Source: an uncultured virus (IMG/VR IMGVR_UViG_3300042400_001066)
Lineage: Duplodnaviria > Heunggongvirae > Uroviricota > Caudoviricetes
Length of the DNA stretch: 64,000 bases
Direction: 5' to 3' (one strand)
IMG/VR virus record: IMGVR_UViG_3300042400_001066
The position numbers were made by a program, and so were the translations under genes. Shown here in pieces: positions 19,671 through 30,400 of the stretch. Every line of letters begins with the position of its first letter. Position 1 is the first letter of the stretch. The notes under the pieces are model-generated. The model saw only the letters and a list, made by a program, of their open reading frames with translations. It was not told the DNA's origin and did not search any database.

Positions 19671-22600
19671 AAAAATTAATATGAAAGAATTACTTTTAAA
19701 AATAGCAGGAGTTAAAACGGAACAGGCCTTTTACAAGAAGTTTCCTGACCAAAAAAGCTTTTTCAAGGCTCACCCTGAAGCTAAAGAAATTATTGCTCAA
19801 TACCAACAACAAGAAATGATGGCTAATGCTCCAGAAAATTCTGAAGAGCAAATGATGGGTACCGAAGAAGAAATGGTAGAACAAATGGCAATGGGAGGAA
19901 TGATTAAGAGAAAAGATGGTTCTTACTCTAAACCAGGACTTTGGGACAACATCCGTAAGAACAAAGGTTCTGGTAAAAAACCTACAAAACAAATGTTAGA
20001 GCAAGCTAAAAAAATCCAAGCAGAAGAAATGATGTATGGAGGAATGGTTGACTCCTACTATAATGGAGGAGGAATAAACAACCCAGGATTTAAAGCTCTT
20101 CCTAAATCTGTGCAAAATAACATAATAGCTAATATGGCTATGGGTGGTGAAGTAGAAGAATATAAAAATGGAGGATACACTGTAAGAAAAAGTAATGATA
20201 GAAAAGGTAAGACACACGTTGTTACTGGTCCTGATGGTACTAAAGAATACTTTGGTGATCCTAAAATGGGAGAAAGAAGCAAATCTAAATATGGTAAAGA
20301 AGCCTTTTATGCAAGACATAAGACTAACCTAAAAAACAATCCTTTCTTTAGAGCTTATGCTAGGTCTACTTGGGCTGATGGGGGAATCCTTCCTGAAGTA
20401 GAACAATTAATGCTTGCAGGCCAAAACCCTTATAATATGGGAGGATATGTAGAATATCCAACGTATTATCCTGGGGGAGGTATGGTAGGAAGCGATATGA
20501 TTGATTATCAAGCAGATTATAACTATCCTACAATGTATCCTGGAGGTGGAATGATAGCAGGACCTATGATGGGTTATGAAGAAGATGATTTTATGTATGC
20601 TATGGGCGGAGGAATTAATATTAACCCTGCCAATGAAGGTAAGTTTACCGAATGGGCTGCTAAACGAGGAATGACTGTTCAAGAAGCTGCCAATAAAGTA
20701 ATGACTAATAGAAGTAAATATACTGCTGACGTAGTAAAAATGGCTAATTTTGCAAAGAACGCTGCAGGATGGAAGAAAGCTATGGGAGGCAGAATATACC
20801 AAGAAGGGGGTATGTTAAATAGCATGACACAGGGTATTCCTGTACAGACAGAAACTTTTGAAGGACAGGCAGAACAAGTCGCTCTTCCTGATGGAACAAT
20901 TAAGTCAGTAGACGCTACTACTTCTCACGAAAATATGGGAGACGATACTGTTACAGATTTATTGCCTGGAGGTTCACATATTCAAAGTGCTCGTAATAAA
21001 CTTACTCCTGACCAGTATGTACAATTGATGCAGATGTTTAAACCTGAAAGTGCAGAGCAAGATATTAAAAAACTAGCACAAGTATATCAGAGTAAATACG
21101 GAAAGAAAAACGGTAAAAAATTATCCCCTGCAGATATTTCTGAGTATGCTAAAAATAAATATCAAAATAAATCTACTCCTAACTCATTTGATACTGACAA
21201 ATTAAAAGAAGGTAACAAAAAATCCTACTTAGACTTGAGTATACAAATGAATGATTTAATTAAGTCAGGAAAAGAATTAGCAGAAGGAGCTGTTATGGAA
21301 GAACAAATGATGGCTTATGGGGGAATGGTTCCTAAGTATCAAACTGGTACTGATAAGTATGGTATTCCAACAAGTACTAACTTTACATCAGTAGCCCCTG
21401 AAGAAGGGTTTATGTCAGGAACAACTCCTGCTACAGGATATTTAGATGCAGAAGGGAATTTTGTTGCTTTAGATACTTACCAGCCTTGGTATACACCTAA
21501 AGGGGTTAAAAATTATAATCCCAATAGAACATTTAGTGATAAAGAAAGGGCGAACGCAAATTCTGAAAATAGATTTAATAATTATCAAAACTCTTCTTGG
21601 AAAGGAGGTACTTGGGACCCTGGTTCTCCAGAAGCTTATAGATGGTTTAGAGATAACTTTCAAACATTAAAAAATGTTTTATCAGAAAAAGAATTTAATG
21701 ATTTAGAGTCTGCTTATGATAAAATAACCGAGGATCCAAAAGATCCAGGATATTTAAAGGAATCTGTATTAAAAAATAGCAAAGGCTATCAAGAAGCTCT
21801 TAAAAAGGCTCAAGAAATTAGACAAATAGCTGTAGATAAACTAAACCCTGAATTTAACAGAAACATTACTGCAAAATCAGTAGCTCCTACTTGGAAAACT
21901 ATACAAGACTTACAAGGCAATAAAGAATTTGTTAATAAATTAAAAAAATATGGAGTAAATAGTTCTAATAAAGGAACTTATGGACAAGTAGCTAATTTAT
22001 CTCCTGAAGCATTAAAAGATATATATAGTGTTGTTACTGATCCAAAAGAATTGGAAATATTAAATACAGGTAATAACTTAGATGCACAGTGGGACAGACG
22101 TACCCAAAGATTTATACCTCAAACTTTTTCTTCAAATGCTGAAAAAGATGCTTGGATGAAATCTCAAGGATTAAATGAAGCTTATGGATGGGGATATGAT
22201 CCTGCTAATCCAAATAATATAGTTGTACCTAATGTTGTAAGAACCAAATTAGAGCCAAATCAAACTCCTGCACAAAAAGCAGAACAACAGATATTAAGTG
22301 AAAATACTCCAATAGCTCCTGCGGCAAGAGTTCCTATGCAGAATAGATTTAACTTTGGCTTATTAGAAGGTCAATTGGGCAGAGGACTAAGTGCTAACCA
22401 AGCTGCACTTGAAGCAGGTCTTTCCCTAGACCCATTATATATAATGGAAACTCCTGATACTTATATCAGAAGCAGAAAGAATGAAATACCTGTAGGAAAT
22501 ATATTATATAATATCGAAAGAGCTCAAAGAAACACTGCAAATGCTTTAGCAGGACAAACAGGAGATTGGAGTACATTAGCTAGTAATATTTCAAATGCAG

Positions 22601-23025
22601 GGGCTCAAGCTATGAATCAAGTGGGAGACACTTTGAGTAAGCTAAATCAGACAAATGTAGCTCTATATAATGAAACCCAAGGACTTCAACAAGACTTATT
22701 AGGAAGTAATATGGGTGTAAGAAATCAGAATCTAACAAATATGCAAAATATGTTGAACTTTAAAAGGAACTTATTGGGGCAAAAAGCTGTTAAAGATTCA
22801 GAGATTTACTCAGAATACGCTAAAAGTATGGGTGAAAACGCTCAGAAAGAGCAAAATCAAAAATTGGAAATGTTAAATATTATGGCCTCTAAACCAGATA
22901 TGTTTAAAGGAGAACAAGGACAAATGTTTGTAAATCAAATTTTAGGAAATACAGGAACTTATAATAATCCTCTTGCAGGAACTTTATTAGATAATATTTT
23001 ATCCGCTAACAGATATAACAGATAA
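19660..23025 (+). CDS. Virion cargo/ejection protein, modular
   Basis: 1121 aa with ~13 xxGG motifs separating small basic modules, a domain E...LPDG....V....SHE.......LP.G..I.S, and a Q/N-rich helical C-terminus. Confidence 0.6.
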   Translation: MNYKKINMKELLLKIAGVKTEQAFYKKFPDQKSFFKAHPEAKEIIAQYQQQEMMANAPENSEEQMMGTEEEMVEQMAMGGMIKRKDGSYSKPGLWDNIRKNKGSGKKPTKQMLEQAKKIQAEEMMYGGMVDSYYNGGGINNPGFKALPKSVQNNIIANMAMGGEVEEYKNGGYTVRKSNDRKGKTHVVTGPDGTKEYFGDPKMGERSKSKYGKEAFYARHKTNLKNNPFFRAYARSTWADGGILPEVEQLMLAGQNPYNMGGYVEYPTYYPGGGMVGSDMIDYQADYNYPTMYPGGGMIAGPMMGYEEDDFMYAMGGGININPANEGKFTEWAAKRGMTVQEAANKVMTNRSKYTADVVKMANFAKNAAGWKKAMGGRIYQEGGMLNSMTQGIPVQTETFEGQAEQVALPDGTIKSVDATTSHENMGDDTVTDLLPGGSHIQSARNKLTPDQYVQLMQMFKPESAEQDIKKLAQVYQSKYGKKNGKKLSPADISEYAKNKYQNKSTPNSFDTDKLKEGNKKSYLDLSIQMNDLIKSGKELAEGAVMEEQMMAYGGMVPKYQTGTDKYGIPTSTNFTSVAPEEGFMSGTTPATGYLDAEGNFVALDTYQPWYTPKGVKNYNPNRTFSDKERANANSENRFNNYQNSSWKGGTWDPGSPEAYRWFRDNFQTLKNVLSEKEFNDLESAYDKITEDPKDPGYLKESVLKNSKGYQEALKKAQEIRQIAVDKLNPEFNRNITAKSVAPTWKTIQDLQGNKEFVNKLKKYGVNSSNKGTYGQVANLSPEALKDIYSVVTDPKELEILNTGNNLDAQWDRRTQRFIPQTFSSNAEKDAWMKSQGLNEAYGWGYDPANPNNIVVPNVVRTKLEPNQTPAQKAEQQILSENTPIAPAARVPMQNRFNFGLLEGQLGRGLSANQAALEAGLSLDPLYIMETPDTYIRSRKNEIPVGNILYNIERAQRNTANALAGQTGDWSTLASNISNAGAQAMNQVGDTLSKLNQTNVALYNETQGLQQDLLGSNMGVRNQNLTNMQNMLNFKRNLLGQKAVKDSEIYSEYAKSMGENAQKEQNQKLEMLNIMASKPDMFKGEQGQMFVNQILGNTGTYNNPLAGTLLDNILSANRYNR

Positions 23026-23027
23026 TT

Positions 23028-24449
23028 ATGGCTAGACAAAGAAATCCATCAGGTGCATATTCCCCCTCTTCTGCAGGCATAGGACAGCAAATAATGTACA
23101 CCCCCGAATGGGCGGATATAGATTTTGCTGATTTCCAAGGATTAAATATGAATCTTATAAATCAAAATGCTCAGTTTGCTCAAGAAGTGGCTAACAAGCG
23201 TTTAGACGAAGTGTTAAAACAAAGAAATGCAATTTTAGAAAAAGTAAAGTTACATAAAAGGTTTGATGATTTACAAGGTCAGTTGGACAATAAATTAGGG
23301 TCTATTATAGATAATATGGGACAGCTTCAGCTATCTGATTCTGCAAACTTTACTTCATTAAACACTAGCTTAATAAAGGCTCAGAATGACCCTGTTTTAC
23401 AATCAGCGGTTAACGCATCCACAGACGCAATAGCTTACGAAAAAATGAAATTTGAAAAACCTGAGATTGCAGACCAACCTTGGAATAATGCAAATGAAAA
23501 CTCTTATCAAAGATTTTTAAGAGGAGAAACTAACGATTTTAGCCTTAATCCTATTTACAAAGAATATGATTTACAAACAAAAGCAGATGAGTTTGCTAAG
23601 GCGGTTCCCGCTGACGTGCAAAATGCTATTGTTAAATATGGGGTTTATGGATTACAAGAAAAAGCTATAGAGGATAAATCAGCAGGAAGATTGTTAAAAG
23701 CTTTTAATGATTATAAACAAGGATTAATGCAAGACCCTGAATTTATGTCTTGGGCTAAGAGAAGAGGGGCTTTCGAGGAAAAAAGAGGAAGCTCTATTGA
23801 TAATGTTATTAACAATATTTTTAAATCTTCTGCTGCTAAATACGGTACAACTACTCCTACAGTAAAAGTGAGTATGCCTTCAGCGAACCCTGATATTAAT
23901 GTAGGTATTAATCTTTCAGAGAATGCTAGAGCACAAGCTAGATTCGAAGCTGAAAAAGATGCAGGATTTCCTAGTTTAACAGGTAAAAGTAAAGCTGAAA
24001 AAGAGCCTGATAATTTTATTGATTATGGGGAAAAAATTATTAAAAAAAGGGGAGCTAAACTTACTCCCGATGAAAAGGCAGAGGCAGTGAAGGAGGCTTC
24101 AAAAATATTTAAGGGATATACAAATAAAAAGGGACAATTTGTACCTTATGATGCGGTAAATAACCCCATAAAATATTATGTAAAAGATAATGCGGGTAAC
24201 CTCTTAAATGCTCCTCCAGAAATTGTAGGTCCTCCAGGCACGAAAGTAACGGCATTTGAACCTACTGGTAAATTTGAGAAATCTGATAAGGGAGTGCTTA
24301 TTGAATTTAGCAATGGTCCTGTAAAAAAATATAGACAGGTATCACAAGAATTTTTTGAAAAAGCTATAGGTGCTTCTGAGTATTCAGCGGATGGTACTAC
24401 AACTACTCCTACTGGAAATGAAGATCCTTTAGGATTAGGTATAAAATAA
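23028..24449 (+). CDS. Virion cargo protein (helical)
   Basis: 473 aa, helical/coiled N-terminal half, lying within the cargo gene block. Confidence 0.55.
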   Translation: MARQRNPSGAYSPSSAGIGQQIMYTPEWADIDFADFQGLNMNLINQNAQFAQEVANKRLDEVLKQRNAILEKVKLHKRFDDLQGQLDNKLGSIIDNMGQLQLSDSANFTSLNTSLIKAQNDPVLQSAVNASTDAIAYEKMKFEKPEIADQPWNNANENSYQRFLRGETNDFSLNPIYKEYDLQTKADEFAKAVPADVQNAIVKYGVYGLQEKAIEDKSAGRLLKAFNDYKQGLMQDPEFMSWAKRRGAFEEKRGSSIDNVINNIFKSSAAKYGTTTPTVKVSMPSANPDINVGINLSENARAQARFEAEKDAGFPSLTGKSKAEKEPDNFIDYGEKIIKKRGAKLTPDEKAEAVKEASKIFKGYTNKKGQFVPYDAVNNPIKYYVKDNAGNLLNAPPEIVGPPGTKVTAFEPTGKFEKSDKGVLIEFSNGPVKKYRQVSQEFFEKAIGASEYSADGTTTTPTGNEDPLGLGIK

Positions 24450-24465
24450 TAAATTAAATTTACAA

Positions 24466-27400
24466 ATGACCAGAACTGAATTTATTAATAGTATAAGAAG
24501 TAAATATCCACAATATAATAATATTGATGATAATACTCTTTTTAATAAAATAATTGAAAAATATCCTGTATATAAAAATAAAATTACAGATACTCAAACT
24601 CCACAACAACAAACCACTCAACAACAAACTCCTATACAACAAACCACGGTACCTCCTAAACAAGAAGAGCCAGGGTTTTTTGAAGGAGTTAAGAATTTCT
24701 TGTTTGGAGATGAGGAAAAAAAACCTAAAGCTGAACTTATTAGTGAAAAGTTTGAAGAGCCGAATTTAAAACCAGAAACTCCCTATCCTTTCACTAAAAC
24801 AACTCCTATAACTGTACTAGATAAAGAATATGAGCAAAAAATAAAAGCTGTAGAGGATAAGTATAATAAGTTACAGGAAGACCCTAGTAATTACGCTGCC
24901 TATATTCCGAGTAGATTTGCTATTTTTGGGGCGGAACCATTAGTAAAAACATATAAAGTGGATTATACTGGACAAAAAGAACAAGAGATTTTAAATTTAA
25001 AGGCAGAAAAACTTAGAAGAGAGGGTAGAAATTTAACTCCTATAGAACAAGAACAAGATATTATAAATTATAAAAATAAAATTCAAGCAAATAAAACAAC
25101 GATTGAAACCAGAGCTAAGGAGAAAAAGAGTTATTTAGATGAAATAAGGAAGGTAGCAGGAGGAGATAGCCCCTCTTTATCTGATATTTTAAATGTAAGA
25201 GAAAATTTAAGCGATATTAATAAAAACGTGTCTAACATATTTAAAAGTGTTAAAAATACATGGGATTATAATACAAAAGTAGATGACGATATTTCACAAG
25301 CAGAAACACTTAAAAATGAGAATCAAAAGTTTTTGGATTATGTAAAAAAAGGGGTTAATCCTTTTAAAAATGCACCTTATAATGACGCAGAAGCAATGAA
25401 AAAAGCGGGTTCATATATTGACCCATCTATAGAATCTGGGTCTAAAAAAGCCAGAGAAAAAATAGGGGAAATTACCACAAAATGGTTCCCGACAGCGGAA
25501 AACCAAACTGATAATAGAAAATATGGCTCTATTGATATTTTAATGCAGGTTTGGAATCCTTTAATAGCTAAAGCTTTTCAAAAATTCACAAAAACAGAAA
25601 GTTTTAAAGGTTTAACTGCAGAACAACTTGAAAAACCTGCTATAGACAAATCATATAACCTGGCTGCTCACAACTTAGATAATAGTCTAACTCCGTTATA
25701 TGATAAAATACAGTCTGAAATTGGTATACCTAAGTCGGAAGTAATCGGAAAAATAGACCCATATTTGACTGCAAAAAAGCAGGTGGAAGAAGGTGCCTAC
25801 CCAAATATAGGTAAGTTATCAGAAAATGATATAAAACTATTTAATAATCCTGATTTTCAGAAGATAGCTGATACTTATAGTAAATCTGCTATTACTACAA
25901 TACGGGAGGGTAAATGGAGATTGTTATCTTTGGCTAACGTAGATCTTTATAATCAAGAAAAAGCCAATGCTTTTGGGACCATAAATAAAGTAGAAAATAT
26001 AGGGAGAAAAGAAGCAATCCGCACAGCTATATTAGATAAAAATGTAGAAGAACAGGGTGTTTTATCTAAAGCAGGGTTTGATAAAGCGTTGTATAATACT
26101 GCTTGGACTGCATTAAAAGCGGGGGATTTTACTAAAAACCAAACAGCGGCTGCAGCTCAAATAGGTACTCAATTAGCCACAGCCCCTTTTAGAGGAGGGG
26201 AGGCTTATACTCCTGAGTGGACTGAAAATATTATAAATAATACTGATTTATTTGATAATTTAACTCAGCAAGATAGTCATTTTAAACTATCTATATTTAA
26301 AGACGATAAATATATTGACAGAACATTGCCTACGGGAGATATAGTAAAGGTTCAATATACTCCTGAAGGTGATATATTAAATGCTTTTGGTGGGGGTATG
26401 GAATATACAATCAATAATCCAGAAGTAATGAAATGGCTTGCAAATGACTTTGAGACAAACAAAGACGAAATATTGGCAAACGGTAAATCTTTGTGGGAAA
26501 CTGAAGGTGGAAAAGCAGTATTTTTAGAGAATGTTTGGAATAGTATGGCTCCAGAAATAGTGGAGGAAATGCCATCTTTGTTAGTGGGGGCAACTGCAGG
26601 TAAAATTGCAGGAGCATTAATAAAAGGAGCGGCTAATGAGAGAAGATTAGCACAAGGAGCTGAGTTTATGATTAATGTTGGCACTAACATGACAGAGCAA
26701 TATCCTTCCATATACAAGAAATACCAAGAAGCTGCACAGGACAAAGACAATCCTTTTCCTGCATTAGCCACTTCTGGTGCTTTGGCATTAGGAACATTGT
26801 TTACATCTACCTTACAAAGTAAAGCAATAGGATTAACAGGGAATGATATAAACAAGGTGATAATGCCTGAAGCTATCGAAGCTACTGCTGAAGCAGTGAA
26901 AATCATTAACAAAGAATTTGCTAAAATTCCTGATATAACTTTAAGAGAAAAGTTAGCTAATGCCGCTATTAGAAAAGTAATGTTTCAGAATATTATGTCT
27001 TCATCGGGAAGATTCCTAAAAACAACTGGAAGAGTGGGAGCAGAAGAAGCTACAGAAGAAGTTGTATTAGAGCCTCTTATTAATGTTGCAGCTAATTTTA
27101 TTAATGAAAAAATAACAGGAGATAAAGCATATAACCAAGAAACTTTAAAGGATTTGAATTTTTTAAATCCAGATGTGGCAATAACTTCTTTTTTAACAGG
27201 TGGTACATTATCTACAGGAATGGATTTAGTTAAATCTATGTCAACTAAAGGTCCTTTTTCCAAAGAAGATTATTTAAAAACAGCTTTTGAAAATGAAGCT
27301 ACTTTTACTTCTATGGTGGATATTATGACTCAGAGTGGTAATAATAAATTTTCTGAAGCAGACCAAGCAAAAATGATGACTGATTATAACGCATTAAAAG

Positions 27401-30400
27401 CCTCTTATAATGCAAGAAAATCAGAACTTGGAGTTAATGATGAAGCTTTAGCTACCTTAAACTTTGCAAATCCTGTAATAAAAGGATTTGTAAAATCTAT
27501 TGGAGAGACAGAACAAAGTTTAGACAAAATTAATAGCGGGAGAACTTTTGATAATGCTATTATCAGACAAAGTTTAAATGAAAGAGAATTAGCTGAAAAG
27601 AAAATTGCTTTAGATGAAGAAGCTGCTAAAGGAAATATCTCTGTTTCCCCTGAAGGTACTTATAAAATAGTTGGTAGCAATCCTCTCTCCCAAGAATTAG
27701 GTAAACAAATTAGTGAGTATGAGCAACTTCAATTGAGTAATAACAATTTAACTTCCTTTATAGATACTTTTAACAAAGAAACTAAGCCTGTACAAAAGCA
27801 ATATATACAAGAGTTAAATCAAGTTACTTCTGAAGCTCCTGACCTTATATATGCAAAAAATAGTAAGGAAGGTAATTATGCATATAAGGCAGTAAGCAAT
27901 GCTATTATGGACAAACAAATGGCTATGAGCCAATTGGAAAAAACAAACGCTGAAATAGAGACTGCTGTAATAGATGGAACAGACACTAAAGAATTGCAAG
28001 TACAAAAGCAAAATTTAGAGAAAGCTATTAAGGCTAGTGATAAAACTATAACTACCCTTAAAAAGCAATATAAAGCAGGTAGAGTTAATACACAAAACGA
28101 GACCATAAATAGGTTTAATGAGTTTAGAACTGCCAGTTTAGTATTACAAGATAAGTTACAATCTATGGCAGGAGTAGATGCCACTGATGAAGAGATTGAG
28201 CAAAGTGAAATCAATGATGCTTATGCTGATTATTTAGATGCATATAAAGCTTTGAAAAAATCAAACTCTACCTTGAAAAAAGAATATGGAGTGGAAGTAT
28301 TCGACTCTAAATTTACACCTATAAGTTTGGAAGAATTCCAAGCTTCAAAAAATAATATTAAAGAAAAAAACGCACTTTCTAAAAAATTAGCAGAAAATAA
28401 AGGTACTTTAGGTGATGTAGAAAGATTGATAGGTCTTGAATATACTACAGGTACAAAACAACCTAAAGACAGAGTACAAGTTACTGCTCCTAGAAATAAG
28501 GAAGATATAAAAGCTATTTTAGACGATAAGGAGCAAGTATATGAGTATGCAAAAAGATTAGGGTTTAATAATAAAAAGTCTTATGCTCAAACCAAAAAAG
28601 CAGTGAGAACTTATTTAAATAAACAACTATCTACTCAAGATGAAACACGTTTAGAGGGAGTTTCTGCTGTTTTTGTTGAAAAAACCCCTAGACAAGTGAA
28701 TGGGAATCCTATGTTTGAGGTTGAAGGTGCTTTATACAAACCTGCTGGATATAGTGTTTCTCCTACTATGATGACTCAAGAAGAGAGAAATACGGTATTG
28801 ACAAATGCGGTTATTAGTGAAATAGCTAAACAAGTATTTAACAATTCATTATTACTAACGCCTTATAATGTATCTCAGATAATAAATAAAGTTATTATTG
28901 AATCTGGGTTTGATACAGAAGTAGGTATTGATAATAGAAGTTTACAATTTATAGCAGAAACAATATTAGCATTAAAAGCAGATTTAGATGCAAAAGGATT
29001 TGCTTATAAGTTTAATGATGATGTAGTTATTTCAAAGCTTTCTGAAGATGAAGTAAGAGGCTATGATGGCATAGCTACCACTCCTATATTAACAGTGGTT
29101 GATAATGAAGGAAATGTACACTTAATTGATTTTAAATCTTTTTCAGCAGGTAACTATGCTGCGTCAGCTTCAGGGTGGTCTAATAACCTCACTGAAATAC
29201 AAGCTATTTTCCAAGATAATGGAATAACAGTGGCTTCTATAAATGTTTTGCCTATTAGAGTGGATAATACTTCTACAACTCAAAATGGGTTAACTAATTT
29301 AAGTATTGGTAAAAATAGTTTTAATACAATTCCTAATAATGATAATGCTATTAGTAGAACATTATTGCAGCTTGCAACTAGCACTCCAATATTAACTACT
29401 TTGAAAGAAGAAGGGCTGTTAACCCAAGAAGAGGTAGAGTCATTTGATGAAATTCCTTTAGATGAGGCAGATGCCCCTATAACCCCTGCGGATAAATTGA
29501 AAGAAGATTCTTTGGTAGTACTTGAACCAGAAACTCCTACAACAACAGAGGTTCCTGTTACTGTTACGGAAAAAAACATGAAAGCAGAAGATAAAAATAA
29601 AGCCACTAAAGATACTCCTAAAGAGGTAATAGAGGGAGAAACCCCTAAAGGAGTATTTGCTGGTTTAGGAAAAGGTGTCTATATCCAAGTTAAAGAAACT
29701 GATGGAGGCTTCTATATGATAACAATATTTGGGGATACTGATCTTGCGAATAATATCGGAAAGAAAAGAAAGTCTTTAGAAGACGTGAGAAATATATACA
29801 AGGCTAACAATTGGTTTGCTCCAAAAACTTTTAAAGGTACAGGCGTATATCAATTAAGATACGCTGATACACTAACCCCTGTACTATCTAAAAATTATGT
29901 TGAATTTGTGCAACCTAATGGATTCAGCGAAGTAATTAATGATGTTGCAGTGGCTGCGGATATTATTGGGACAGAAGTAGAAATAGTGGAGAATAATGAA
30001 AATGGGAATAATGATAAGGATGAGGTACAAAAAGACTTTAAAAATAAAGCTTCTTTATCTATTGTAAATGCAAATGGTGAAAAAATTGCAATGGTTCCAC
30101 CTAATTCTCCTTTAAGAGAGAATTTAAAAATAACTAATAAAAAAGGACTTAATAGACTAGAGCCTACAATTGCTACAATAAAAGATATAAAATTTAACAA
30201 CTTTAATAGAAAACCTTATGAATTGTTCTCTGAATGGGAGAAAAAGGCACTAGCCTCTGGAGTATTAGTTCCAGGAGAGTATGAAATGGTTTATATTGGG
30301 GTGGAAAACAAGACACCTGTATTTAAAAATCAAAATGGAGTAGTAGTGCCTGGCAGAGTTCCTAAGAACCCAGAATTAGGGTCTGTTTATCTTTTTATAA

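Noticed and set aside
19696..20802. Cluster of antisense ORFs (also those inside 24466-41044 and the + strand ORFs within 42738-61156)
   Set aside because: They are shadow frames of long genes with low-complexity S/F/I-rich translations and no recognisable motifs.
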